Origin: the human T2T-CHM13v2.0 reference genome, Homo sapiens
Length of the DNA stretch: 64,000 nt
NCBI RefSeq assembly: GCF_009914755.1
Contig: NC_060928.1
Direction: 5' to 3' (one strand)
Under the pieces are notes generated by a model. The model did not search any database. It had not been told where the DNA came from and saw only the letters and a list, made by a program, of their open reading frames with translations. Below, piece by piece: positions 1-14,235 of the stretch. Made by a program: the position numbers and the translations under genes. Position 1 is the stretch's first letter. Every line of letters begins with the position of its first letter.

Positions 1-1
1 T

Positions 2-193
<192 letters not shown>

Positions 194-385
194 TAACATA
201 GTTGAATGACATTTCTAGTAATATGTTTCCTTTGGCTTTAAACAGCAAATAAAGTGAAGAATATTGTTCCATGTTCTTTTCTTTATTTCTTAAAATTTTT
301 GTAGGCACATAGTATATGTACATATTTCTGGCATATATTAGTTATTTGAATACAGGCATACACCATGTAATAATCCATCAGAGTA

Positions 386-684
386 GGCCAGGCGCAGTGG
401 CTCATGCCTATAATCCCAGCACTTTGGGAGGCCAAGGCAGGCGGATCACAAGTTCAGGAGGTCAAGACCATCCTGGCTAACATGGTGAAACCCCATCTCT
501 ACTAAAAATACAAAAAAATAACTGGGCATGGTGGTGAGTGCCTGTAGTCCCAGCTACTCAGGAGGCTGAGGCAGGAGAATGGTGTGAACCCAGGAGGCAG
601 AGCTTGCAGTGAGCCTAGATAGCGCCACTGCACTGCACGCCAGCCTAGGCGACAGAGTGAGACTCCGTCTCCAAAAAAAGAAAA
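386..684 (+). mobile_element. AluY-like
   Basis: Full Alu dimer; TSD AATCCATCAGAGTA at 372-385 and 685-698. Confidence 0.9.
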
Positions 685-971
685 AATCCATCAGAGTAAA
701 TGAGATATTCATCACCTTAAGTATTTATTCTTTGTATTACACAAGTCCAGTTATACACTTTATTTTTCAATGTACAATTATTTTTTACTACAGATCGTTT
801 TGTGATTGTAATATATCAAAGTATAATTCATATGTTTCTGAGTCCTGAATGAATACTTAAAAAAAATGTTTCATATTTGTCTTTGAACATGTAGTGTCTT
901 GTCCTGCAAACACATACGGACTTTTCATTTTTATTTACATGAAGTTAAATATATAAATGTATTGCTCTAAA

Positions 972-977
972 AATAAA
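972..977 (+). terminator. Candidate AATAAA polyadenylation signal for the + strand ZNF transcript
   Basis: AATAAA about 780 nt after the stop, followed by GT-rich sequence near 1013-1030; motif only. Confidence 0.3.
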
Positions 978-1740
978 CCGTTAGGTGTAAGAAAATTACA
1001 GAGCAAGCAATAGTGTTTGTGTGAGAGTTTGTACCTATTTTCCAAAGAAAAGATCAATATTGGAACAAAGAAGATTCTTTTATAAGGTGGATAATTTACT
1101 AGAAATCTAGAAACCTAAAACATTGTGAAATCAAATCTATATTTCTTTGGATTTAATTACTGTAAAATCTAATTGTTGAGACTCTCCCCATGTAAATTGT
1201 TTTCATTTGTTACTCATATTACAGCTATAATTTACTTGTTTCTTCTTTTGTTTTTACTTTATTATTTACGATGTGAGCTGGTGAGAAATTATAAGAATGA
1301 TTTTTATAAAATTTAGTACACAAATTTTTAGATGCAAGTTCACAATTTGTGTATTGTTATATTTGATCTAGTTAGAAAATTTCATTTTGTGGCTTTAACT
1401 GGAGAACTCTATATGAACCGTTTTCTTTAGTTGTTCCTTTCACTTTTTACTTGACATAAATGAGTTTATGTATTGTGTGCCAATTTGTTCAGGTAAGTAC
1501 TGGGAAATCTTTTAAGTCATGGAGATGTTTTGATATAAAATTGTAGTGAACATAAGAAAGTGCTGTGTGTGTAATAGATGCTCCATAATTAGCCATAAAT
1601 ATTCTTTCTGGAGTCAGTTTGTAGCTGCAAGTAAGAGACAGAAAATGTCTATAGTGAAGAAATGGCATTAATTGTGCATGTGGAGAGGACATCTGTTCCC
1701 AGGCTGCAAAACTGACTCATTCTGAATTTAAAGAGGGTTT

Positions 1741-2218
1741 TTTTTTTAATTTAAAAGTAAACTTTAATGTCAAAAATGCAAACTTAGGGAGGACATAAAG
1801 ATCACATACAAGGCTGCCACTTCACACTTGGAGGGTTGCACAGCATCTGGGCAAAGGCTCTCCTCACTTCCCAGATGGTGCAGCAGCTGGACAGAGATGC
1901 TCCTCACTTCCCAGATGGTGGGGCAGCCAGGAAGAGGCGCTCCTTACTCCCAGATGGTAGGGCCGCCGAGCAGAGGCACTCCTCATTTCTTAGTGCGGCC
2001 GCCAGGCAGAGGCACACCTCGTGTCCAAGAAGGTGTGGCAGCCAGGCAGAGGCGCTCCTCACGTCCCAGGCGGTGCAGTGGCCGGGCAAAGGCACTTCTC
2101 ATTCCCAGACAGGGCTGGGGGCCAGGGAGAGGCGCTGCTCACTTCCCAGACAGTGGGGCAGCTGGGCAGAGGTGCTTCTCACTTCCCAGAAAGTTGGGCA
2201 GCTGGGCAGAGGCGCTCC
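1741..2218 (-). mobile_element. SVA2 element (SVA-type VNTR + short unique 3' end + poly(A))
   Basis: About 9-10 GC-rich ~40-bp units (GGCAGAGGCGCTCCTCACTTCCCAGA..) at 1843-2218. Minus-strand 3' end TGTGCAACCCTCCAAGTGTGAAGTGGCAGCCTTG..ATTAAA..poly(A). TSD TTAAAGAGG(G/A)TTT at 1728-1740 and 2219-2231. No SINE-R or Alu-like domain. Confidence 0.85.
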
Positions 2219-3121
2219 TTAAAGAGGATTTGTTTTATGTTTATCCTCAGCTATGTATGCCTCACAGCTCTTCTCCTTGTGTTATGGCTACGGTTTTCTC
2301 ACTGTTCTCTTCATGCCATGTAATTTCACATGGACTTTCCAGGTTCTGATAGGTTCGACTTTTTTTAATATGGTAAATTGTTCCTAATTGGGACTGTTTG
2401 AGGTTATTTATAGCTTCTCAATGCAGCATTTAGATTGCTTGAGAAGTCTTTTAGTGTTCACAGGTAAGAGAAGTCAGCATTGTTTTTCTGCTTATGAAAG
2501 AAAATTTTTGAGATTCTAAAACTGTCTTAAGCATAACACTAAGACTAGGTAAAGCATTAATATGAGTGGGTTGCATATTGTCAGCACCATATGAAGAAAA
2601 TATCAGAATTTTGAAATTTCTTCAGAGAAAATGTATCTTAGAGGTAAATTTTTTAGGAGACTTAATGGTAGAGAAGAATTTTACATTTAATATTCTATGA
2701 CATACTTATAGCAAAACTTTTTTCATGCAGAATTTTCTATTTTTGAATGTGAATCTTAAGTGTTGGAAAATAATAGAATGGTCTCTGTAGATTCAAAATT
2801 TGGAATGATCTTTTTTGTCCAGATTGATACTGCAATCCTGAGGAATTTCTCTTATGATTTTTTATTTTAGTGGATGCAGTTCATGGTCTACAGTTTTCAT
2901 TCTTAGTCATCTAACTAACTTTAACCAAGTCCTTGGTAACCTTCTCTGGAAAAATTTTGGAGAGTATCATTTTCTCAGTGATTTTTAATGCAAATTTACT
3001 TACTTTGGTCACAGAATGGACAATTATGGGACCTTTAGCAAGTTACCCTTTTAATGTCTTCCCTATAATTACCATCAGCATTAGAAACTCCAGGTGCTTC
3101 AAACTTAAAGCAAAAGCCCTA

Positions 3122-3199
3122 GAGTACATCATCTTGTCTTATATAGTGTTCTGGGTCTCAGAGTACATCATCTTGTCTTATATAGTGTTCTGGGTCTCA
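3122..3199. repeat. Perfect 39-bp tandem duplication
   Basis: GAGTACATCATCTTGTCTTATATAGTGTTCTGGGTCTCA twice. Confidence 0.95.
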
Positions 3200-3329
3200 A
3201 ACATGCTGGCAAATATTAGAGTTTCTGTGGTTATTATATTACAAAAACAGCACAAAAACTATTTTTGATAATACTCAAAGACAGACCAGCATTTGAAACA
3301 TTATTCTTCTGTGATGGCTTTTAAAATGC

Positions 3330-3750
3330 ATTTTTAATTGACAGATAAAGTATGTATTTATCTTGTAGAACATGGTGTTTTGAAGTATATATATGCTGTC
3401 AAAGGCTTACTTCTAGGTAATTCACATAGTAATTATTTTTGTGATGAGAGCACATAACATTGACTGTCTTAGCATTTTTCAAAAATACAATTCATTATTA
3501 TAGTCACCATGCTGTAAAATCGATTTCTTGAACTTATTCCACCTGGACATCTGTAATTATGTATTATTTTACAGACATCCCTCCAAATGCTTTTTTTTCT
3601 AAATAACCAAGTATCTGGTAAGCAGCATTCTGTTGTCTGGTTTATTTTCATTTAGCATACTGTCCTCCAAATTTGTTCATATTGTTTTAAGTGACAAGAT
3701 TTCCTTACTTTTAATCCTGAATTGTATTTCCTTGTGTATACCATATTTTG
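3330..3750 (-). mobile_element. Old L1M 3' fragment
   Basis: TTATAGTCACCATGCTGTA..CTTGAACTTATTCC and TTCATTTAGCAT..TCCTCCA motifs of antisense L1M 3' UTR. Confidence 0.6.
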
Positions 3751-3834
3751 AAAAAATGAATTGAAATATGCATCAATTTATTGAACAAATCATGTAATGA
3801 AAAGATACTTCGGTGTTAAAGCATGTATTAATGA

Positions 3835-4142
<308 letters not shown>

Positions 4143-4468
4143 ACACATTTTATTAATAGTTAATTTGTACTAAACACTACCCATAACACTGTGTTAATAA
4201 ATTTAATTTTCACAGTAATTCCATAGCATAGGCATTATTATTATCCTTATTTTAAAGAGAAAGAAATAGAGCCACAGAGAAAAATTACTTGCTCACAACA
4301 GTGGAGCCAGTTTTAAAACACAGGGAACTTTGACTCCAGAGAAAACACTCTTTGTTAAACACCCTCTTCAAACAGAAAATAAGTGATTATCTTCAACACC
4401 CATTCTTAGTAAATATTTAACAAAATTAAATCAACTGATACATTTTTTGTTATATGTGTGTGCAAATG

Positions 4469-5455
4469 TGTGGGCGGCAAGCCACCCAGGTGCAGAGGCA
4501 AGAGACCGAGGACACGAGCTGTTCCAGTATAACAAAATGTAAAACAACAATAGTTACGCCAGACATAGATCTTAGATATGATTATATATGAATATAATTA
4601 ATCAGCAGTACTTATTCTTTATTCCAATATTATAATAATCCTCGCTCTATAATCATAACCTAGGAAAAACCAGGCCATACAGAGATAGGAGCTGAGGGGA
4701 CATAGTGAGGAGTGACCAGAAGACAAGAGTGCAAGCCTTCTGTTATGCCCAGAAAAGGCCACCAGAGGGCTCCTTGGTCTAGCGGTAACGCCAGCGTCTG
4801 GGAAGACGCCCGTTTCCAGGCGGACTGTGGTCCAGCGGTAGCGTGTCAAGGAAAAACACCCACTACTTAGCAGACCGGGAAGGGGAATCTCCCTTTCCCC
4901 AGGGGAGTTTAGAGAAGACTCTACTCCTCCACCTCTTGTGGAGGGCCTGACATTAGTCAGGCTCGCCTGCAGTTATCCAGAGGCCTAACCGTTTCCCTGT
5001 GATGCTGTGCTTCAGTGGTCATGCTCCTAGTCCGCCTTCATGTTCCATCCTGTACACCTGGCTCTGCCTTCTAGATAGCAGTAGCAAAATTAGTGAAAGT
5101 ACTAAAAGTCTCTGATATGCAGAAATAATGGCATAAGCTGACTCTCTCTCCCTCTCTCTCTGCCTCGGCTGCCAGGCAGGGAAGGGCCCCCTGTCCAGTG
5201 GACACGTGACCCACGTGACCTTACCTATCATTAGAGATGACTCACACTCTTTACCCTGCCCCTTTTGCTTTGTATCCAAAAAACAGCAGCACAGCCAGAC
5301 ATTCGGGGCCACTACGGGTCTCCATGACTTGGTGGTAGGGGTCCCCCAGGCCCAGCTGCCTTCTTTTATCTCTTTGTCTTGTGTCTTTGTTTCTACACTC
5401 TCTCATCTCCACACATGGGGAGAGACCCACCGACCCTGTGGGGCTGGTCCCTACA
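4469..5455 (+). mobile_element. Solo LTR13 (HERV-K13/HML-4)
   Basis: Starts TGTGGGCGGCAAGCCACCCAGGTG, ends GGGGCTGGTCCCTACA; 6-bp TSD CAAATG at 4463-4468 and 5456-5461. Confidence 0.9.
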
Positions 5456-5824
5456 CAAATGTATAAATTATGATACATAAAGGAGAAATACTTCCTCTAA
5501 CGAAACTATATAAACTCTAGAAATTGCTCTTTGCTACTGACATGTACTTGGGAACAACCTTTCTTTCAACTGTCCTTGCCACCCCTCCAGCACTTCAGAA
5601 TATTTATAGCATGATTTTTACGTAAACCTGTAGTCAGCAAATGCTGTAATTAATCAAATATTTACTACAAAGGCAAGCAGTACACTATGATTTTATTACT
5701 TTCTTGATACAAATTTTGAGTTAATTATTTCACTCTATATTAGTATCCTTTGTGCCTTTTTCTCAGTTTTGCCTAATACTAGCAATTATCTTACTTTTAA
5801 ACTATTTGTTTATAAAACTTTATC

Positions 5825-7330
5825 TCTGGGAACCTCAGCTCAGCAGAGTGCATAGCCCTGACCAGAGCCCTAGAACTAGAAAAGAACCAAGGAGTTAGGT
5901 ACTTTTTATACAGATTCCAAATATGCCATTTTAGTATTCCACAATTATGCCACCATTTGGAAAGAAAGGATTGTTGACAGCAAAAGATACCCCTACTAAA
6001 TATGGGTCACAGATACTTTACCCTACCCTAGGCTATCCACCTACCACAGAAAGCTGCAGTTCATTGCTGGGGCTACCAGAAATGCCAAGATGAGATTACC
6101 TAGAGAAACAGGAGGGTCGGCCAAGCAGCAACGGCCACCACCCTTTCCGGGGAACTCCTTATGGCCCTTATCCCAACTTTGCCTAACAACCTGCCCACCC
6201 TGCAATGGGGTATCAAATGTGAATATACTCTAGGACTGAAAGATTGTATAAATTGGGAGAGGTTCTTTATTTCCCCCAGGTTCTCCAGCAGAAAGCAATA
6301 AGGGCACTCCATAATTCTTGTTTCTGTAGGAGAGGCCATCTCCATCAGCTATAACCAAAAAAAAAACAAAAAACTCCTCTTTTTGACAAGTTTGTAAAGC
6401 CTGTCCATCTGGGTCTATAATAATCCTCCAGGCCCTATGCCACTCCTCTTTATTCAGCCAGTTCAGCAACAAGAAACCTACCCAGTGGGAAGAATGGTAG
6501 GTAGACTTTAATTAATTGCCAGCCTATCGAGGCTAGAAATATCTCCTGATCCTTGGGAATGCCTTTACTGCCTGGGTTGAAGCCTCTCATACTAGAATAG
6601 AAAAGATTCAGGTAGTTGTCAAGATCATTCTGAAAGAAATTATCTCTTTGAGCCTCCACAGTCTTCACAAAGTAACAATGGCCTATATTTTATTTCACAA
6701 ACTACCCAAACAGTGGCAAAAGCCCTAGGGATATAATACTTTTCACACTCCTCCTGAAAGCCACAATCTTCCAGGAAGGTAGAAAGGACTAATCAAGCTA
6801 TTAAAAGGACCTCGAGCAAATGATGCCAGGAAGCCTCTTTACCATGGCTAAAACTTCTACCCATGGCACTTCTTCAGATCAGAACAGCCCTTAAATTACG
6901 TCTATGGCTTAGTTTCTTTGAAGTCCTATACTGGAGACCCTTTCTACATGCAAACCTAATATTATACCCAGAGGTTACGAAATTAACCCAGTACATAAAA
7001 TCCCTGACTTAATTTCAAGAGGTCGTCCAGGAGTTTGGACAGAATTCTGAGTCTAACCCCCCTAACAACCCATATAACCAGGCAGGAAAACAAGTCATCA
7101 TTAAAGTCTGGAGAGATGGATCTCTCAGATCTCAACTAACCCCGTCACAAAAGAACAATGTTACTATCATAATTTCCACCCCAATAGCTATCAAGTTTCC
7201 TGGCATCCCTAGCTGGACACATTACTTCTGAATACAACTGGAAACACATTAAGGAACCAAAGATTGAACCAACACTTACCTACTCCTGTGACCCACAGGA
7301 GGACTTACAAATTTCTCTCCAAATGAGAAG
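5825..7330 (+). mobile_element. Decayed class I (gamma-like) ERV pol: RNase H and integrase remnants
   Basis: Frameshifted motifs GTSAQ..IALTRALEL, YTDSKYA..IWKER (5828-5975), GEEW*VDF..WVEA (6480-6585), PQSSxKVERTNQAIKR (6760-6810). Confidence 0.8.
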
Positions 7331-7332
7331 AT

Positions 7333-7436
7333 AAGTAATGCTCTCCCTCCTTTTACCTCAAAGTAGTGTGATCCCAATAATGGCAAGTAATGCTCTCCCT
7401 CCTTTTACCTCAAAGTAGAGTGATCCCAATAATGGC
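7333..7436. repeat. 52-bp tandem duplication (one mismatch)
   Basis: AAGTAATGCTCTCCCTCCTTTTACCTCAAAGTAG(T/A)GTGATCCCAATAATGGC twice. Confidence 0.95.
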
Positions 7437-7509
7437 AATCTTATTTGCAGTGGTGCTGTTGATTCTTACTTTCACCCTAACTTGTGCACCACCAGGAGTT
7501 CCATTAAGA

Positions 7510-7811
7510 GTTTTTTTTTTTTTTTTTTTTGAGACGGAGTCTCGCTCTGTCGCCCAGCTTGGAGTACAGTGGCGCTATCTCAGCTCACTGCAAGCTCCGC
7601 CTCCCGGGTTCACATCACTCTCCTGCCTCAGCCTCCTGAGTAGCTGGGACTACAGGCACCTGCCACCACACCCAGCTAATTTTTTATATCTTTAGTAGAG
7701 ACAGGTTTCACTGTGTTAGCAAGGACGGTCTCGATCTCCTGACCTCATGATCTGCCCACCTCAGACTCCCAAACTGCTGGAATTACAGGCATGAGCCACC
7801 GTGCCCAGCCA
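7510..7811 (-). mobile_element. AluY inserted in the ERV
   Basis: Antisense Alu with GCAAGCTCCGCCTCCCGGGTTCA and a 20-T tail. Confidence 0.9.
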
Positions 7812-8095
7812 TCTAATACTAATTTTTTAACCTAATTTAGTTATTTTACTTTTGACTGCTTTAGTCCATCAGCAATGTTAGTAATACTTTGGTGTTTATA
7901 TTGCAAGTCCTAATACTCTTTGCAAACTTACTAATAAACCTTTGTTACTGTAAACCAACACCCTCTCCAGGGAAGTTTCCTATGTCCCTCCTACATTTAC
8001 ACATCAAAGCCATAATCTGAGTAGTGATCTCTCTAATAATCATTGCATTAACAGTTGCTCTTAACAAGCATCTCAATTTGGCCCTATTCTGAACC

Positions 8096-9700
8096 ATGCA
8101 GCCTAATGTTCTCTGGTCATTACTCATACTCTTTTGTTGTTGTTGTTGCACTCTGCAGGCAACTCCACAACTACTAAACTCTACCAATTCTTCCTATGCC
8201 TCAAACCTGTTAGCTAGTCATGAATTCCTCTTCATTCAGGGTGGGAATGGCCTACTTGGCCACAATACAAGAATGGGCAACTTCTCAAGCCCAACTTAGC
8301 TTCACCTATCATCAGGACCTCTCTATACAAAAACCTTCCCTCTGCTAACATAATATTTTTAATACAACCTAAAGCAGCTTTTAAAGATTTTCTTAAACCC
8401 ACCCCCATTGATTCAAGCCCCTTGTTCTCCCCTGCTACCCTCATTGGCCAGGCACTCCTATACATCTGTGCTACTGTAAATTCCAGATCCATTGTGGGTG
8501 CTTTAGACCCAGCACAATGCAACACAACGAGCACCATTATTGATATTTCTCAAAATTTTGTTTCACTAAATATTCTCAACATCAAATGAGATTTTCTATT
8601 CTCCCTCCAAATGTTTTAACACCTGGACCATTCATCCAAAATGATGCCTCTGAGTTCTGCGTCAGTCACCCTTCTTGGAGTCAACCCAACCCATGGTGTT
8701 GACCAAGCCAGTATAAATTATGCAAAAGGTTTCAAGTCTTTAATTTCTTTCAGAAAATCCTTTTCTTTGACACTACTAGAAACATGCCTATGTTTAAAAA
8801 AAAAAAAATAGGACCCATGTCTGGCTCCCCTGGCAGCAGCAACTTTAGTGGCAGGATCTCACATGTCGGGTAGCCAACAAGGACCCTGGTCAATGTTTGG
8901 AACTGACCTCACCTTCTGCATCCATTTTTATCGACTACAGAACTTTACTTCCTGTGTGAAATGCAGGCTTATCTCTGTCTCTCTGGAAACTTGACGAGCA
9001 CAAGCACTCTGGCTTCCTTCACCCCTAACATTTCCATTGTCCCGGTTGATGCTTCCTTGCTGTTACCCTTTACTACCTCACACCAGATCGACTAAGCAGT
9101 TTATCTTTTTTTTTTTTTTTTCCTGAGTTTGGCATCTCAGGTGCCACTATAGGAATAGCTGGCATAATTATTGCCTCCTCAACTTACCAAAACCTGTCTC
9201 TGGAACTGACTCACAAAATAAAAACTACTGCTCAGACTCTTACAGAGTGACACCAACAAGTTGATTATCTCGTGGCTGTAGTTTGAAATTGTAGAGGTCT
9301 TGCTGCAGCTCAGGAAAGAATCTGCCTTATGCTAGGAGAAAAATGCTGTTTCTGGGTTAACAGATTAGGGAAAGTCCAGGACCATGTTAGAGGTTTTACA
9401 AACCAGGCCTGTCACCATCAGAAACATGCCACTGAAAGCTAGTTCTCTTGGGGTGCCACTTGGTTCCAATTCTCATGACATCCCACTTTTTGGGGATCCC
9501 TAGCCTTTGTCTTCCTTTCTCTCTTTTGTGAGCCTTGCTCACTAAATCTAGTAACCAGGTTCGTTTCCTCTCACCTAGAAACTCTCAGACTTCAAATGGT
9601 CCTGCAACAGGAATATCGACCTATTTTCCCCCAATCTGCACAGCCATGTCCCTACACATTTCCTCTGGACAATGCAAGTTCAACCTTCTGGGAGAACATG
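8096..9700 (+). mobile_element. Decayed ERV env
   Basis: Signal-peptide-like start MQPNVLWSLLILFCC; fusion-peptide-like GISGATIGIAGI (~9130); eroded immunosuppressive domain followed by ICLMLGEKCCFWVN (CX6CC, ~9320-9362); multiple stops. Confidence 0.75.
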
Positions 9701-9841
9701 GATGGAATCTTTTTCTGACAAAAAGCAAGAGAATGAGATACTGATGAATTCTTTATCTCATATTACCAGGAAGTAGTTACAGAAGACCCACAGTGCCCCT
9801 AGACTCAAAGATTTTTGGAGTCTCAATCTATTGAGGAGGGA

Positions 9842-10510
9842 ACGTTAGAGGAGGCAGTTAGACATGAGCAGGAAAAAGCCCCTGGGGGAGAAAAATCTCA
9901 TGCTCCAAAGACAACCCAAGATATGTACGCTAAATTTGAGCAGAGTGGACAGGAAATACCCATGAAGAAAGAATACCCAGAAACACCCCTTAAGACACCC
10001 AATAATTGCTCATACTGTGATTAAACTGTCAGAATGTAGCTAGCTATATGCTGACAAAAAGAGGGAAAGGGCAAAAGGAAACTTCCTAAGAGATATGCAG
10101 GCGTAGTAAGTACAGATTTGACTGCTATATGACTTTCCTAGGGTAGTGGTAATAAGCTATTCTGCCATCAAAACTCATTGATCACTGGAACTCACACATG
10201 TACATCAGCCGACAGTAAGGAAGCATCTCATAGACCTGGGAAGAAACTCAGTGAGGATAAAAGAAGAGATTTACCAGGAAGCAGGAAACTCCACAAAGAC
10301 AAAGGCAGACACTTAAGACAGAGGTGGGAATTTTTTTTAAGTCTATAATAATAAAAACTGCAACATGTAAATCTCAGGGCTGTTTCCAGCTGAGCCAATC
10401 CACTCCTCCTTTGGTGTGTTCTTTATTTTCCTTTAATGAACTCTCTGCTTGCTTCACTAATTGTCTCTGGGCTGAATTGTTTCTCTCAAGAAAACAATAG
10501 CTGAGGACCT
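9842..10510 (+). mobile_element. ERV1 3' LTR (MER50-like)
   Basis: Polypurine tract GAGGAGGGAA then GTTAGAGGAGGCAGTTAGACATGAGCAGG; AATAAA near 10350; right end approximate. Confidence 0.6.
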
Positions 10511-11332
10511 TATATATGCTGAATTACATTAATGGAATTAATGAATGTTTGAATTCAATAGCTGCCATAATCGCCTAATTTTTTCTAGAGAAGGTGACCA
10601 AGAACTTGGATAAAGTTAGATGACTAAAAATAAAAACTGTACCCCATGAACTGCATCCACCAAAACAAATTTCAAACTCAAGATTGCAATACGAATCTCA
10701 ACAAAAAAAGATCATTGCAGATTTTGAATCTACACAGATCATTCTATTATTTTTGCAACACTTAACATTTAGTCAAAAATAGAAGATTCTGCATAAAAAA
10801 TAAGTTTTGCTATGTCATAGAAAATTATATGTAAAATTCTTCATCTACCATTAAGTCTTAAAAATTTTATTTCAAAGATATATTTTAAGAGATTTCAAAC
10901 TTCTGATGTGTTTCTTCATATGGTGCTTACAATCTGCAACCAACTTATATTTATGCTTTAATATATATTAAGGTATGTTACATTTAACACACTTTGTGTT
11001 AGATTCTCATACAATTTTTCTTTTACAAAGAGAAAAACGGTGCTCACTTAATCCTCTTACATGTGGACAGTGAATTAGTCTTACCTCAATTACATGATCT
11101 GAATGTTGCATTGATAAGCTATAATCTCAAACACGCCAGTTAAAAACAATATACATTAAAAATTCCAAACTTCTCATCAGAGCCTAGAAAGTCCAAGTGA
11201 AATTACATGGCATGAAGAGAACAGTGAGGAAACTGTAGCCATAACACAAAGAAGAGCAGTGAAGCATACATAGCTGGGGATAAACACATGAAGACATCAG
11301 AAAACTAAAGACAATTAGAAAATAAAAACAGA

Positions 11333-11677
<345 letters not shown>

Positions 11678-12319
11678 TTACATCTAAAAAGTATTTTCTG
11701 TGCACTAACTTTTTAAAAAAATTTTATAATTTCTGACCAGCCCACATACTTTATGGAGTTAAAAAAAAAGAATGAGAAACAAGAAAATTATACCTCTAGC
11801 ATGAGCACCACATTAAAACAGAGACTTTTTACAGGGAGATTCTCAAAAATGATCCATTAGATTTTACAGTAATTACATAAAAATAAGAAAACATAGATTT
11901 TAATTCAAAATGTTTTAGGTTTCTAGATTTCCAGTAAATTATCCACAGTATTAATAGAAACTTCTTTGTTCCAATATTGCTATTTTCTTCGGAAAATAGG
12001 TACAAACTCTCATGCAAACACAATTGCTTGCTTCATAATTTTCTTACACCCAAGGTTTATCTTTAGAGCACAACATTTATATATTTAACTCCATGTAAAT
12101 TAAAACTAAGTCTGTATGTTTACAGGAGAACATGATGCATGTCCAAAGATAAATATGAAACATTTTTGAAAATCATTCAGGACTCAGGAATGTATGAATT
12201 ATAATTATACTCTGATATACTTATTACAATCATAAAATGACCTGTAGTAGAAAAAATTGTACATTTAAAAATAATTGAAGTGTATAATTAGATTGTGGGT
12301 AATATAAAAGATAAATGCT

Positions 12320-12845
<526 letters not shown>

Positions 12846-13194
12846 TTAAGATAATGAATAACTCATTTACTCTGTCATTTATATATTGTATGCCTGTATC
12901 AAAATAACCCATATATACCATAAATATATACATAGTTATGTACCCACAAAAACTTTTTAAAAATTTAAATAAGAATAAAAATGCAACATGGGAACAATAT
13001 TCAGTTTACTTGCTGTTTAAAGCCATTGGAAAAATAGACTAGAAATGTCATTCAGCTATGTTATCAGATAGTACATTGTTAGCATCTCTTACCTACACCC
13101 TTGAGTAAGGTGGAATAGGTGAAAGTTGGTGGCATAACACATCATTCAAGGCACAATAATTTCTACACATTAATAATTTTATTTAAAAAATTAA

Positions 13195-13486
13195 GGCCAG
13201 GCGCGATGGCTCACGCGTGGAATCCCAGCACTTTGAGAAACTGAGGCGGGTAGATCACCAGGTCAGGAGCTCAAGACCAGCCTGGTCAATATGCTGAAAC
13301 CCTGTCTCTACTAAAAATACAAAATGTGGCCAGGCCTGGTGGTGTGTGTCTGTAATCCCAGCTACTCAGGAGGCTGAGGCAAGAGAATCACTTGAACCTG
13401 GGAGGCGGAGGTTGCAGTGAGCCAAGATTGTGCCACTGCACTCCAGGCTGGGCAATAGATTGAGACTCCGTCTCAAAAAAAAAAAA
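13195..13486 (+). mobile_element. AluS
   Basis: Alu dimer; flanking AAAAAATTAAG repeats. Confidence 0.9.
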
Positions 13487-13832
13487 TTAAGTTCACACAT
13501 GATCTTAAAAGACAATTTTAAAATTTACAGCATTTTATTATTAAATAAATGTACAATTGGTAAAACAATTTACTACTAAAATTCAGATTGTTTCTCACAA
13601 TAATGCAAAATGTTACTCTGAACACCTACTTCATGCATCACTCTAAGTCAACCACAAAAATCCTCTCTGCTTAGATTTTCCTCAGGCATCTTTCATTTGT
13701 TTTTTCTCTTTCATGTAAAAGTTCATGAATACTGCCCACCTAATGGAATTTCTCATATCTCTGGTGCAGCAATAATTCATCACATGCTTTCACATAAATG
13801 AGAAAACTGACATACTATAATTTTGGATTTGA

Positions 13833-14235
<403 letters not shown>

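Noticed and set aside
1828-2349. Overlapping 100-173-aa ORFs
   Set aside because: Products of the GC-rich SVA2 VNTR; no evidence of a gene.
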